Shown: positions 1 to 10,858 of the stretch, piece by piece | How positions within the stretch are numbered: the first letter of the stretch is position 1 | How the letters are laid out: each line of letters opens with the position of its first letter | IMG/VR virus record: IMGVR_UViG_3300025141_013870 | Span: 1 to 64,000 of that record | Reading direction: 5' to 3' (one strand) | Source of the DNA: a virus | DNA length: 64,000 bases | The notes under the pieces: model-generated | The model's database searches: none | What the model saw: the letters and a program-made list of their open reading frames with translations, nothing else | Told to the model about the DNA's origin: nothing | Position numbers and translations under genes: made by a program

Positions 1-1
1 G

Positions 2-2449
2 ATCGAAGCACCACGCGCTTGGAGATATTCCATGGAGAATCCAGCTTCATTTTTTCAAAGAACTTGGGAGAGTATCTGTGATGGACTACACACATACAAG
101 TTGGGCTATATAGGACCAAACAGCCAGTATTATGATAATAGGGTATATATGGGTGTGCAGTATTCTGCACTGATGGCTTCAGCGACAAACGAAACGGCTG
201 CGTGGAGAGGCTTGCAGTGGATATGGGCATACAAAAAATATAAATATAGCAAATCACCCTCTACCAAAGAGCGCCTAAATAACGCTTCACAACTTTACTA
301 TGAATCTATTAGAACTGCATTTGGTATGGATGTGGGTATCTGGAGTGATGGTAAACATGGAGGTGAGCTTCAGTTCTATGGAAATGGCTGGGATGGAGAC
401 GAGGCACCGATGGATTTCGCTGCAACAGGAACAGCGCATGATGATGGAAGCGCGGCCCTAGCATTTAATGATATACTATGGGCAGGCAGCGGTGTATTCA
501 TGGATGCTCCCCACCAAGCAAATACAGGAATAGCGAGACTATCATGCGACTATAATGGCGACTGGCTTCAGACCCAGCTTAGGGAGGGAGATTCTGACTC
601 CGACACCTACACCGATGCTTTATCAGCAGACCCTATGGATCATGTAGGCATCGTTTACCCGTTACACATAATAGAGCTTATAGACGAGGCTGTTAAAGAC
701 TGGGATGAGGCAATAATAGCAGAATATGAGGTGTCAGACAGTGTAAACCCTGGCGAAAAGACGACAGATCTAAAGATAGATAGATATGGAAGGCTGATGA
801 TGGCGTGGATAACCACGCTAATAGTGTTCAGAGAAACCCTTACACTGGCACTCCCTAGGACCCTGCCCGGGGAGTGGCTCCGCATGGGCTATTCTCGACG
901 TGCTGTTAGATCTCTTCTTATGGCTGATGTTATTAAGGGAAAAACTCCGTCGGAAAGAACAAGCTCGATATCTGGCGAAGCATACGGTGAGATCAATCAC
1001 GGAGAGTGGGATCCAAATGATGAAGGAAGAGGATATAGAGATGCAGTATTAGATTGTCTTGATCTCTTTTACACATATCACATTCCGCTTCTAGAGTACG
1101 ACATTTTGATGTGGAATAGTTTATTTTATCTTACTTCAGCAACAAAAAATGTCATTTCGACATCAAATCAAATAGTGTCAACATTTGGAGATTCAAAAAC
1201 AGGAAATGCTCTTATCACACAGATGAAGACCCTTCAAAAAGATCCGAAGATAGGTGACATAGTTTTTTCCACGATATCAACTGAGCAGGTGAGGCTTTCA
1301 AGGTATCTAGCTAGCTCGCTCGGAGGAGAAAATAGAAAGTATCCTTACCTTCCAGCATCTTCTGCTGTTGTTCCTAATACACCAAAAAATCTTGCAACAA
1401 TATCAAAACTACCAAATCTTTTAGACACAGAAGATTCCGGGGCAAAGAGAATATTTGTTGTAGGAATTCCTGCTGGCATGATAGAGTTTTTAAGAAGATC
1501 TGCATCTAGGGAGCTTGTAAGTTCTGATTTTGATGCATCATCAATCATAAAAATATCTGTGTGGAGAAGAAATCTATTAACTGAAACAACTGCAGAGATT
1601 CCAGTAGACTATCTTTTTGCGATGGACAAATTTATGCTTGATGGGAGAAGAACGTGGGGATCAACGGCATCACAAGGCCTATCAGAAGGAAATCCCAAGG
1701 AGATAGACTCTGCATGGCAATGGAAAAAAGGTCAGACTATAAGGAGAATGCTTAAAGAGTCAGTCATACTAAAATACAAGAGACAAGGTCTATCCGCTAT
1801 ATATCAAGGAAGAGCATTTTCAAGGAAGGTTATTAAAAAAGTCCAGCCTGGCGGAGATGCAGAATCTCTTAGCAAAAAACTAATGACGACATGTGTCAAT
1901 ATCACTGGAAAATCTGATAATATATTAGATGAAGTGTTTCATAATCATGTTGTTGATTACTACTTGAAGCAATATTTAAAGATGACAATGGGAGTAGACG
2001 TTAGAGAAGAGGTCTTTTGCTTTCAAGATGAGTCAACAGAGATAAAAGGGCCAGACACTGATATGCAAAGTAAAAGAGAGGAGTGGGCGACACTTCTCAA
2101 GAGTATGTATGGAACTAGAGACATGGCTAGCAGTCTGACGTATCAAAGAGTGCTTGGTGAGCTTGATAGATCTATATTTTTGAGTCCTGAAAAATACAAA
2201 AATAGAATAATCTATCCAAAGATATTCGATAGGGTTTTTTGCATTCTCATAGATGAGTCGTGGTGGAAGGATGAGAAATCTGAAGCTTACGACACGCTAG
2301 ATATCGTCACAGGAGAAGGTACTTCTGAAAATGTCGCAAGCATGAGCGAAGCAACGCTGCAAGGTCTAAAGTCGTCAGAGGACCCAACATATTATCAGTA
2401 TTATGTCACAGTTTCTATACTTTCAGAGATAGCCAGTGTATCATACTAG
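2..2449 (+). CDS. Large hypothetical virion-associated protein, 5' end probably outside the window
   Basis: Frame is open from position 2 (IEAPRAWRYSM...), so the ATG at 32 may be internal. Lies upstream of baseplate-type genes; no recognisable catalytic motif. Confidence 0.55.
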   Translation: MEAPRAWRYSMENPASFFQRTWESICDGLHTYKLGYIGPNSQYYDNRVYMGVQYSALMASATNETAAWRGLQWIWAYKKYKYSKSPSTKERLNNASQLYYESIRTAFGMDVGIWSDGKHGGELQFYGNGWDGDEAPMDFAATGTAHDDGSAALAFNDILWAGSGVFMDAPHQANTGIARLSCDYNGDWLQTQLREGDSDSDTYTDALSADPMDHVGIVYPLHIIELIDEAVKDWDEAIIAEYEVSDSVNPGEKTTDLKIDRYGRLMMAWITTLIVFRETLTLALPRTLPGEWLRMGYSRRAVRSLLMADVIKGKTPSERTSSISGEAYGEINHGEWDPNDEGRGYRDAVLDCLDLFYTYHIPLLEYDILMWNSLFYLTSATKNVISTSNQIVSTFGDSKTGNALITQMKTLQKDPKIGDIVFSTISTEQVRLSRYLASSLGGENRKYPYLPASSAVVPNTPKNLATISKLPNLLDTEDSGAKRIFVVGIPAGMIEFLRRSASRELVSSDFDASSIIKISVWRRNLLTETTAEIPVDYLFAMDKFMLDGRRTWGSTASQGLSEGNPKEIDSAWQWKKGQTIRRMLKESVILKYKRQGLSAIYQGRAFSRKVIKKVQPGGDAESLSKKLMTTCVNITGKSDNILDEVFHNHVVDYYLKQYLKMTMGVDVREEVFCFQDESTEIKGPDTDMQSKREEWATLLKSMYGTRDMASSLTYQRVLGELDRSIFLSPEKYKNRIIYPKIFDRVFCILIDESWWKDEKSEAYDTLDIVTGEGTSENVASMSEATLQGLKSSEDPTYYQYYVTVSILSEIASVSY

Positions 2450-2463
2450 TCAGGAGATTACGA

Positions 2464-4488
2464 ATGGGTAACAAAAGATTTTTTGGTTCATCATTTTCAT
2501 CAGATAAAGATTATTCTGATTACGCTACAGTGGTCGAAAGGGCTACAGCTGGTCTAGATGAGCTTTCAGATGACTGGGGATTCATAAGCTATCCAAGCAC
2601 TCCTGTAACACAGATAGATATACCAGAGGTTTTAACTGTTGAGGCAAATTTTACATACAACTATTACACAAAAAATGAAAGAACAAGCGGCGCAGGAGTG
2701 TTTGCAGTTTTAGACATAAACAACCTAACGCAGGAAGATGAATTTATTAAAAAGGCTGATAGATTTCCAAGATACAATAGGGTCTACATTCAGCCTACAA
2801 CTTTTAAACATGAAGACAGATATCTAAAAGGTCTTGCTAGCACACTAGGTAGAAGAGCAATACAAGATAATCTGTCCAATCTACAATACGAGGAAGCAAT
2901 ATCTACAGCTAATTTTTCAGCAATAAGGCTAAAAGACGATTTCATAGATGATGAATTTTATAATAGTTTGTCAGCATCAATATCATTTTTTGGCCTGAGT
3001 CAAGAAACTAGCGGAAATCAACAGTCAACTGAGCTTGAAAATGAACTATCAGGATCTACATTTACAACTGCAGGTTCAAAAATAAGATCTTCACTTTCAA
3101 ATGTACAGTCACAAGGTGTAGCATACGCTCCGACTGATACAAGAAAAGAAACATCAGACAATGCTTTTACAAGCGTGAGAGATCTAGATTATTCTGCAAT
3201 GATAAACAATAAAGTTGTTAAAAATATCATCCAGGCATCTATAGAAGACAAGTCAAATATATATGAAAATGAACTTAGATCTGTTTTAGAGGCTGCAGAG
3301 TCTATTCAAGATTCTGCTGTAGCAGATTCAGTTCCCGGAGAGATTAGCTCTGATGAATTTGAATTGAGCATCGGTGGCGCAATAGACATGATAGTTTTAG
3401 ATGCAGAGACAACCAAGGACATGCAAGGAGATATTGATAATGCTGTTGAGATGAATGAAAGTTCATATCCAATAGGCTTCATTATAGAAAAGATAGAACT
3501 TGCTCGAGATGGTGATAATGTTGAAAGAATCGAGCATGAGCCGATGATAATTGAAGGATATAGGCCTATTAACTTACTAGACAAAGATGTAAGGTACGGG
3601 GGAACGTATATCTACAGAGTGAGAACAATAGCTCTCACGAGAATTGAGATGCTACGACGAGATGACTCTGATGAGGTCGAAGATCAGATCGTTATGGCAG
3701 TAGTAATGGTAGCCTCCTCTGGAAGGTCTACTAAGGTCGATTGTGTTGAGACAATTCCTCCAAATCCCCCGCAAAATCTTAGATTTCACTGGGATTATCA
3801 GGAGAGAAGCCTAATTCTTTTCTGGGAAGAAGAGCTAAACCCACAACGAGATGTAATAAGATATCAGATACTTAAGAGAAAATCAATTCATGTTCCATTT
3901 ACGCTTATCAAAGAATTTGATTTTGATCAATCGACATCTAAGGTTGCTCCTCTTGAGAAGGTTCCAAAAAGAAAAATAAGAAAAATGCCCAGTCCTAGAA
4001 AGTTTTTTAGAGATAAGTCATTTAAAAAAACTGAATCATGGATATACACGCTCGCTGCAGTCGACGCTAGAGGATTTTCATCTAACTACTCATCTCAGTT
4101 TAAAGTTAGATTTGATGTATCTAGAAATAAGCTTGAAGTTGATGTGATTTCTAGATCAGGTGCACCAAAACCATATCCCAATCTCTATCTTAATCAAGAT
4201 CTCTTTGCAGACACTATGAAAGATTCAGGACATAGCAGAATGAGAATATTTTTTGATCCTGAATATTATGAGGTTTTTAAGACAAATGTCATTAAGACAC
4301 GTAGAAAAAAGAAACCAGCTGTTATAAAAAATACAGTATTTCTAGATCTTATAGCAGATTCGTATAAGTTACAGATAATTAATGTTGATAGTCAACTTAG
4401 TGAGGTTATAGAGATTTCGATATCTGATGATTCTGGTGATATGCTTGAAATTCCTATAACAGATTCAACTTTATTAACCATTTCTTGA
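2464..4488 (+). CDS. Virion structural protein with fibronectin type III-like domain(s)
   Basis: SD CAGGAG upstream. Fn3-like pattern: YGGTYIYRVRTI, PPNPPQNLRFHW...LILFW, YQILKR, YTLAAVDARGFSS. Confidence 0.55.
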   Translation: MGNKRFFGSSFSSDKDYSDYATVVERATAGLDELSDDWGFISYPSTPVTQIDIPEVLTVEANFTYNYYTKNERTSGAGVFAVLDINNLTQEDEFIKKADRFPRYNRVYIQPTTFKHEDRYLKGLASTLGRRAIQDNLSNLQYEEAISTANFSAIRLKDDFIDDEFYNSLSASISFFGLSQETSGNQQSTELENELSGSTFTTAGSKIRSSLSNVQSQGVAYAPTDTRKETSDNAFTSVRDLDYSAMINNKVVKNIIQASIEDKSNIYENELRSVLEAAESIQDSAVADSVPGEISSDEFELSIGGAIDMIVLDAETTKDMQGDIDNAVEMNESSYPIGFIIEKIELARDGDNVERIEHEPMIIEGYRPINLLDKDVRYGGTYIYRVRTIALTRIEMLRRDDSDEVEDQIVMAVVMVASSGRSTKVDCVETIPPNPPQNLRFHWDYQERSLILFWEEELNPQRDVIRYQILKRKSIHVPFTLIKEFDFDQSTSKVAPLEKVPKRKIRKMPSPRKFFRDKSFKKTESWIYTLAAVDARGFSSNYSSQFKVRFDVSRNKLEVDVISRSGAPKPYPNLYLNQDLFADTMKDSGHSRMRIFFDPEYYEVFKTNVIKTRRKKKPAVIKNTVFLDLIADSYKLQIINVDSQLSEVIEISISDDSGDMLEIPITDSTLLTIS

Positions 4489-4519
4489 TAACGATTTACT
4501 TCGAATACATTTTATCTGT

Positions 4520-4526
4520 ATATTTA
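4520..4526 (+). promoter_or_regulatory. Late-type promoter motif ATATTTA (ATAnnTA family)
   Basis: Intergenic, 17 nt before ATG 4544; motif recurs before many structural genes. Confidence 0.5.
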
Positions 4527-4543
4527 AAGACAGGAGCGTAAAA

Positions 4544-5242
4544 ATGGGATTTCTTGATCAAAGCACTAATAATATTATTCTAGACGCAGTATTGACTGAT
4601 TTAGGCCGCGAAGCCTTGGCCAGGAATGACGGTAGTTTTGAAATTTTTAAATTTGCATTTTCCGACGAAGAGGTCGATTATGGTCACATAGTTCATTTTG
4701 GAAGAACAGTCGGAAAAGAAAAAATTGAAAAGAACACGCCGGTTTTAGAAGCTGTTACTCAAGGAAATCTTGCACAAAAATTTAGATGCAGATCCATTAA
4801 TAATGACGCACTCACTAGGCTGCCTGGCATAACAATCACAGAAGGATTAACAGACGATATTCTTTCTCTGTCTAGGACTAGTACAACTGGTGCAACATCA
4901 ACATTTGTTAACTTTAAGCAGGCGCTTGAAGCTGGAACTTTAGATCCAGATTTAACAGATTTTAGTTATAGGGTAACAGTAGATTATCTTTTTCTTGGCC
5001 TCACAAATAGGGTGCCTGACAGCGTCGACGCAAATAATCTTGCTGTGTATACCATACCGTCTGCAGCAGCAATTGATGCTCAGAATCTTTCTTCCGTAGG
5101 CATGACATTTTATGCTAAATCAGTCTCTTCAGATCTATTCTCTTCTTATCAGCAGACTGGTACGAGTGTAGTTGAGAAGGTAGCAACGATTTCTGGGATC
5201 AACTCGGGCGCTACGCTGAGTTTTAGAATTCAGATATCATAA
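4544..5242 (+). CDS. Baseplate/tail-periphery structural protein
   Basis: N-terminal MGFLD...ILDAVLTDLGREALARNDGSFEIFKFAFSDEEVDY is typical of baseplate-associated proteins of large myoviruses. SD CAGGAG; ATATTTA motif at 4520. Confidence 0.6.
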   Translation: MGFLDQSTNNIILDAVLTDLGREALARNDGSFEIFKFAFSDEEVDYGHIVHFGRTVGKEKIEKNTPVLEAVTQGNLAQKFRCRSINNDALTRLPGITITEGLTDDILSLSRTSTTGATSTFVNFKQALEAGTLDPDLTDFSYRVTVDYLFLGLTNRVPDSVDANNLAVYTIPSAAAIDAQNLSSVGMTFYAKSVSSDLFSSYQQTGTSVVEKVATISGINSGATLSFRIQIS

Positions 5243-5264
5243 TTTTTTTTGAGGTATAGTTAAA

Positions 5265-6518
5265 GTGGCAACATTTAAAGAACTCACAACGTCTGATAAA
5301 AAGACAACAAAGTCTTTTCTTAATCAGCTTGTGGATATTATTCAAGAGGACATCTCAGGATCCCTCACGAGAAAAACCTATCAGGTATTTGTTACAGGGG
5401 GCGTCGGCCCTGGTGTGACATCATCTCTTTTTCAAACAGTTTATGATCAAGACTTTTCCTTGCAAACGGCGAACCCAGTTTTTGATTTAGCTGTTGGAAT
5501 ATTTTCAGGAAGCGCTAACGTTTATTCTGCATCTTCAGGGGTTGATTCAACTGGAAAGGTTTTGTTTCCTTCAAATTCGCTAATGATGAGAGAGAAGATA
5601 GCAAATTACAGGCAGTTCTCACAGCTTCTTCTTGGCAATGCTGACTCACAATTTGCAGCGCCGTTCTCTGGGTATGAGTCGACAGATCTAATTGATGACG
5701 CAATGTTCGTGTGCTTCAAGCGATTATTTGCACGTGATCTCATCAAGCGTGAATCATTTGCTATGAGATTCTACACGTCTGCATCACATGATGCAAGAGA
5801 TGGCGGCTGGTCCCTTCATGGACAACCTCCTCCCAACTTAATTCAAACATCTGAGTCAGGATCAACTATATTTACAGACGTAGGATCATCGAATAACCAG
5901 GAATCATCTTTTGGAGGAGCTGTAGGAAATATCGTAAATTCTGGTGACACATCTCAGTCAGTTGGTCTGATGTTTTATGAGCAGGGGATAGCACTCTTCG
6001 ATTTAAAGAAAGTAATTTCAGGATCACAACATGTTTCTGGAGTTATCGCAGCTATGAATGATAATAATCCTGCTAGCGTCGGCGTAGGATATACTCTTTT
6101 AGGATCTGACCAGTTTGGTGAATCTTGTAACCCTGGCGCTAAATTTATTCCTGATTTAATGATATCTGCGTCTATGGATGATATTATTAATCACTTTGCT
6201 AGCTGCAGGTTCAGCTCTGGTTCAAATACAGCGATAACATTTCAAAATCTAACTAATATCAACTCTACGCTTTTATTCTGTAGGGCAACAGCAGATGAAT
6301 TTAACTATTCATCAAACCCGACTTACACAGACACTGCTACAAATAAAATACGTGTAATTGAGACAGGGCAGGAGAACACACAAAAGGCATTCTGTTTTAT
6401 AACAACTGTAGGACTATATGACGCAGCTGATAATCTTCTTGCAGTAGCGAAGTTATCTAGACCCATAGAGAAGAATAACGAGAAGGATATAACGATTAGA
6501 GTTAGGCTTGACTTCTAA
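5265..6518 (+). CDS. Baseplate wedge-like structural protein
   Basis: GTG start with SD GAGG. C-terminal EFNYSSNPTY...FITTVGLYD..NLLAVAKLSRPI.K...IRVRLDF domain. Confidence 0.6.
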   Translation: MATFKELTTSDKKTTKSFLNQLVDIIQEDISGSLTRKTYQVFVTGGVGPGVTSSLFQTVYDQDFSLQTANPVFDLAVGIFSGSANVYSASSGVDSTGKVLFPSNSLMMREKIANYRQFSQLLLGNADSQFAAPFSGYESTDLIDDAMFVCFKRLFARDLIKRESFAMRFYTSASHDARDGGWSLHGQPPPNLIQTSESGSTIFTDVGSSNNQESSFGGAVGNIVNSGDTSQSVGLMFYEQGIALFDLKKVISGSQHVSGVIAAMNDNNPASVGVGYTLLGSDQFGESCNPGAKFIPDLMISASMDDIINHFASCRFSSGSNTAITFQNLTNINSTLLFCRATADEFNYSSNPTYTDTATNKIRVIETGQENTQKAFCFITTVGLYDAADNLLAVAKLSRPIEKNNEKDITIRVRLDF

Positions 6519-6530
6519 TGGAGATGGTGA

Positions 6531-9014
6531 ATGTCTCTTATAAAGATTCTGCCAGAGTATATTGAAAAATTCACCTTAACTCTTCATCCTGAAGTTAGAT
6601 ATACAAGTTCATCTTTTATAGGTGCACAGGCATATCCTACTGGCGCAATGCCTGTCGCTTCTCGCCCAAGCAAGTGTCTGAAGAACTTAACTGATCCTTC
6701 ACAGATGGGTCAAAATTCATTCGCTATCAATAGTCCTGGCGTATCCGGATTTAATGAAGCAGATTTCTCTATGGTAACAAACCTGAAAGAGATTAGAAAG
6801 ACAGTTAAGAAGGCGATGTCTGAAGGGGTTGCAGCAGATGTATCAGGATCGATATCAACCTATATGGATCTTGTCAATTCATCATCTATTATAGCTAGAA
6901 ACTCAAAGAGATTGCAGCTGGTGAGATTTGATCCGCCTTTCTCATTTACAATGAACTCATCTGTAAAAAATTGCATAAGAAGTGTTTTGATGCCATATTA
7001 CGCCTCTTATTATGATGTGTGTGAGTTTGCGTATACGAACTATCACACTCTCAACTTTTTTACAGGCTCACTTGTACCGTCGTCTTCAGCAATAATATAT
7101 CCTAATTTTCAATTTGGTGACAAGCCAAGACCGTATTCTCCATCAGGATCGTTTAGTATAGATTTTTACATCAACCCAAGGTATGCTAACGACCAGGATG
7201 AAAATTTCCATGCTGGAACTATCATGCATCTTTCATCGACGTTTGCATTATCTCTAGTGTCAGGTAGTCTAAAAGATGGAAATGGTCTTGTGGATGGCTA
7301 TAGGATGCTGCTACAACTTAGTCATAGTGCAGATATCACACCGTCTACCATTGACATGTCAATAAAAAATAACAAGAGGTCCTATCCCCAGGATCTAATA
7401 TTCACGTCTGATGATAACTCTCTTAGAAAAAATCACTGGCACCACGTGTGCATCAGATGGGGAGGGAACTTAGTCAATGATGGTACTGGCAGTATAAGAG
7501 TTGATAGTAGTGAATATCTCTTTACAATACCATCTTCTTCAATCTTGCCACCCTCACACGTCAGCACAAATGCACTAGTCATAGGAAATTACTATGAGGC
7601 ATCTGCTGATTCTGACGAAGGTGACTTTTTTAATAGAAATGCAGGAACCAATGAGGGAGTCTATCCTTATGAATGGGGCCGTGTTTCTGGAGATCCTGAC
7701 AACTTTCTTTTTGATCATCCGTTAAACGCAGAGGTTCATGATCTTAAGATATTCAATGATTACATCAAGGGATCAAAAGTAGAGTACAATAAAAAGTATG
7801 GCCAAAGATCGTTTGGAACAAAAATGGGACAAGATAGATTGATGTTTTATGTTCCCCCTCTTTTTGTACAGTCAAGTAAAACTAGAGAGTCATTGATAAC
7901 CCCGTTCCAAACAGAGACGAAGTGGACAAAGCATCCGTTTAATACGACCTTTTCTTTTGGTGTAGGAGGATATCTTATCAATTTACCCAACTTTACAAGA
8001 GAGTTTGTTCAAGGATCATATCCGCGCCTTTATAACCTAACAGCATCAACAATAGATACAACTGTCTTAGACATAACTGCAAATGGATATGTGTTTGGTA
8101 CAGGATCAATAAGAAAGAGAAATCTAACAATACTTCCAAACGATAATGGAATGTTTGTTCCAGATTATGATTTGTTAAGAAGTGGGACAGTGAATACAGA
8201 TATGTCTCAATTTACAAGTGTATATGGTGGGCTAGACCTAAGCCGAATCAATATAAATGAAATGGTAGCAACGTCTTCAGCATTTTCTGGATTATCTACG
8301 GTATCATCAAAAGGTGTAGATGCTGCTGTCCAGGGAGACTCATTAACATTGCCAGATGATACGTCTAGTGATTCAATGGCATCTCAAATAGCAGGAGTGA
8401 CACCTGACAGCATGGGAAATTCTGATTCTACATCAGGCCCAATTTTAACGATATATCAGAGAACTAGAGACCCTAGCTCAAATGAAATTTCTATTTTTGA
8501 CATCTCTAATTTATATTATGGAAATAGAATTCTTCCTGGATCTTTTTACCTAACAGATCCGAATGTAACTGGTTCCGGAGGTAAGGTTAAGATTAGGATT
8601 AGAGATAATGAAAAGGGTGGTCTCTATAGGGCAGATTGTCTGACTAGTCATGCGAAGTGGGCCAATGTTGGAACAATCTTGTATCATGAAGGAATAGCCG
8701 TTGTCAAATCACCACACATAGCGTATTTTGGTAAAAATGAATTTGAAGCATCTTTCAAGGGTGAGCAAAATATTCACATGTTGACTGTTAATATTCCAGC
8801 AGGTGTCGGTGAGTTTAACTCATCTTCAAATCCGCAGTATAAAGTATTATCTGCGTCGCTAGACGCTAATGACAAGGATTCAAGATTTGTTTATATAACT
8901 GGACTAAATCTTCACGATGATAATCTTAATGTTATCATGAGAGGTAATTTAGCCCAGCCGGTTCTTAAGCGGCAAGAAGATGAATTCATGATAAGATTTA
9001 AAATGGATTTTTAA
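6531..9014 (+). CDS. Baseplate-associated protein with LamG/concanavalin-A-like domain; C-terminal domain paralogous to the preceding gene
   Basis: LamG-like FSIDFYINP, WHHVCIRW, LNAEVHDLKIFN. C-terminus EFNSSSNPQY...FVYITGLNLHDDNLNVIMRGNLAQPVLK...MIRFKMDF aligns with the 5265 ORF C-terminus. Confidence 0.6.
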   Translation: MSLIKILPEYIEKFTLTLHPEVRYTSSSFIGAQAYPTGAMPVASRPSKCLKNLTDPSQMGQNSFAINSPGVSGFNEADFSMVTNLKEIRKTVKKAMSEGVAADVSGSISTYMDLVNSSSIIARNSKRLQLVRFDPPFSFTMNSSVKNCIRSVLMPYYASYYDVCEFAYTNYHTLNFFTGSLVPSSSAIIYPNFQFGDKPRPYSPSGSFSIDFYINPRYANDQDENFHAGTIMHLSSTFALSLVSGSLKDGNGLVDGYRMLLQLSHSADITPSTIDMSIKNNKRSYPQDLIFTSDDNSLRKNHWHHVCIRWGGNLVNDGTGSIRVDSSEYLFTIPSSSILPPSHVSTNALVIGNYYEASADSDEGDFFNRNAGTNEGVYPYEWGRVSGDPDNFLFDHPLNAEVHDLKIFNDYIKGSKVEYNKKYGQRSFGTKMGQDRLMFYVPPLFVQSSKTRESLITPFQTETKWTKHPFNTTFSFGVGGYLINLPNFTREFVQGSYPRLYNLTASTIDTTVLDITANGYVFGTGSIRKRNLTILPNDNGMFVPDYDLLRSGTVNTDMSQFTSVYGGLDLSRININEMVATSSAFSGLSTVSSKGVDAAVQGDSLTLPDDTSSDSMASQIAGVTPDSMGNSDSTSGPILTIYQRTRDPSSNEISIFDISNLYYGNRILPGSFYLTDPNVTGSGGKVKIRIRDNEKGGLYRADCLTSHAKWANVGTILYHEGIAVVKSPHIAYFGKNEFEASFKGEQNIHMLTVNIPAGVGEFNSSSNPQYKVLSASLDANDKDSRFVYITGLNLHDDNLNVIMRGNLAQPVLKRQEDEFMIRFKMDF

Positions 9015-9025
9015 TAAGAGAATAG

Positions 9026-9286
9026 ATGCCCAGTTTAAAAGAAATAGCAGAAGGCTGGATAAACTACGTAAAAGACAAGCAGCCAAATGGACTATCTGAT
9101 GAGATGAAAGAGATGTCAATTGAGAGGGCAAAGATTTGTAAGCAATGTCCAAGTCTTACTCTTTCCGAAACTAAGTTCATGAGAAAGGTGCTATATAAAT
9201 TTAAGTGTGCTGAGTGCGGATGTGGATTTCCGATGATGACATACTCAAAGAGTAAAAAATGTCCAAAAGGAAAGTGGCCCCAGTGA
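9026..9286 (+). CDS. Small Cys-rich metal-binding protein
   Basis: CxxC...CxxCxC...CPxGKW pattern; fills the gap between neighbouring genes. Confidence 0.6.
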   Translation: MPSLKEIAEGWINYVKDKQPNGLSDEMKEMSIERAKICKQCPSLTLSETKFMRKVLYKFKCAECGCGFPMMTYSKSKKCPKGKWPQ

Positions 9287-9837
9287 TATTGGGTCTTGAT
9301 ATTTCAACAAGCTGCACAGGGTGGTGTGTCTTGGATAGTGACGGCAGTCTCGTAGACATGGGATTCATACAACTTTCTAAAAATAAAGGGCTATTTGAAA
9401 AGGCAAAGATAGTAAAATCCGAACTTTCAGAAATTCACTTAAACTATGACGTCGATGATATACGGGTAGAAGAAGATTTTCAATCTTATAGGCCAGGATT
9501 TTCTTCTGCAAAAACTCTTTCTACTCTGTCTAAGTTTAATGGAATAGTTTCCTATATGTGTTTTGAAGAGTTTGAAAGAGAACCTATTTTTGTGAATGTG
9601 AATCGCGCAAGAAAATCAGTAGGAATAAAAATAAAAAGAGAGAAGGACTGCGGAAAGACTACAAAGCAGCAGGTTTTAGACTGGGTATCAGCTCATATAC
9701 ACTCTACGGATCATTCGTGGCCCGTCAAAATCTTAAAAAGTGGCCCAAGAAAAGGCAAGACAATTCTTCATCCCGGATGCTATGATATGGCAGATGCATA
9801 TGTGATAGCTGTATCAACTAATCACATGAACACTTAG
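9283..9837 (+). CDS. ruvC: RuvC-like Holliday junction resolvase
   Basis: ILGLDISTSCTGW (RuvC motif I), VEE, DMADAY. Likely GTG start overlapping the upstream TGA (GTGA); the ORF track starts at 9259. Confidence 0.8.
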   Translation: MILGLDISTSCTGWCVLDSDGSLVDMGFIQLSKNKGLFEKAKIVKSELSEIHLNYDVDDIRVEEDFQSYRPGFSSAKTLSTLSKFNGIVSYMCFEEFEREPIFVNVNRARKSVGIKIKREKDCGKTTKQQVLDWVSAHIHSTDHSWPVKILKSGPRKGKTILHPGCYDMADAYVIAVSTNHMNT

Positions 9838-9854
9838 TTATTTTTTAGTATATT
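9826..9854 (+). promoter_or_regulatory. Sigma70-like promoter (ATGAAC-N17-TATATT), probably yielding a leaderless primase mRNA
   Basis: 17-bp spacing; the -10 box ends 6 nt before ATG 9861; no SD sequence. Confidence 0.5.
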
Positions 9855-9860
9855 TTTAAC

Positions 9861-10829
9861 ATGGAGACTTTTACATCAAAGATAGACTTTATCAAGAGTA
9901 TTCTTGGCGATGTTGAAATTGCTAGAGATGGTGTTAATATAGCAGCATCTTGTCCAAACTGTGGATCTAAAGGTAGAAATAAAAAGAAATTTTCAATAAA
10001 CATTGAGAGCTGGAATTGTCACTGTTGGGTGTGCGGAATCAAGGGAAGAAATCCTGGTAATATTCTTTTTAAGCATGTTAGTTCCTCGTCATCAAAGGAG
10101 TTCAAAAGGAGATTTCTTAAACAGGGAGAAATTGATCAAGTATCAATAGTTGATGATATAGAGGCTGTAAGTCTACCAGATAGATTTTCGCCACTCTGCC
10201 TCAGATTAGAATCAAGAGATCCAGATGTGCGAGACTGTCTAAGATATCTAAAAAATAGAGGAATAACTCATAGAGATTTATGGTATTTTAAAATTGGATC
10301 AGTTACCAATGGAAGGCTGAGAAGAAGAGTGATTATTCCATCATTTGACTTAAGCGGAAATTTAAATTTCTTTTCTGCAAGATCAATAGATGATAAATCA
10401 TATAGAAAATATATCAACTCAGATGTTAAAAAAAGCGATATCATATTCAATGAGGTAAACATAGACTGGTCAAAGGAGCTAACTATCGTAGAGGGGCCAT
10501 TTGATCTTTTAAAATGTGATCAAAACGCCACATGCCTATTAGGATCAACGCTAAATAAGAGCTCATATCTATTCAAGAGAATAGTATCAAACCGTACTCC
10601 TATTTTGTTATCACTAGATTCAGATGCAAGAGATAAATCTTTAAAGATAGCTGATATTCTAATAAAATATTCATGCACAGTTCGGATAATGGATTTAGAA
10701 AATTTTCAAGATGTAGGCGAGATGTCAAGGTCTGATTTTGAAAAATTAAAAAACAAAGCAGTCACGTGGTCAAGATATGGATCACTAATGGAAAAAATTT
10801 CAACAATTCGAACAGGATCGTTGTTCTAG
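9861..10829 (+). CDS. DNA primase (DnaG/TOPRIM type with Zn finger)
   Basis: CPNC...CHCWVC Zn finger; RRRVIIPSFD, FFSARSI; TOPRIM IVEGPFD and LDSDA. Confidence 0.88.
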   Translation: METFTSKIDFIKSILGDVEIARDGVNIAASCPNCGSKGRNKKKFSINIESWNCHCWVCGIKGRNPGNILFKHVSSSSSKEFKRRFLKQGEIDQVSIVDDIEAVSLPDRFSPLCLRLESRDPDVRDCLRYLKNRGITHRDLWYFKIGSVTNGRLRRRVIIPSFDLSGNLNFFSARSIDDKSYRKYINSDVKKSDIIFNEVNIDWSKELTIVEGPFDLLKCDQNATCLLGSTLNKSSYLFKRIVSNRTPILLSLDSDARDKSLKIADILIKYSCTVRIMDLENFQDVGEMSRSDFEKLKNKAVTWSRYGSLMEKISTIRTGSLF

Positions 10830-10858
10830 ATCACCATAGTTATGTACGTGAGGATAGA

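Noticed and set aside
5256-5262. ATAGTTA as a late promoter
   Set aside because: It lies between the SD (GAGG) and the GTG start, only 2 nt from it, so it is probably coincidental.
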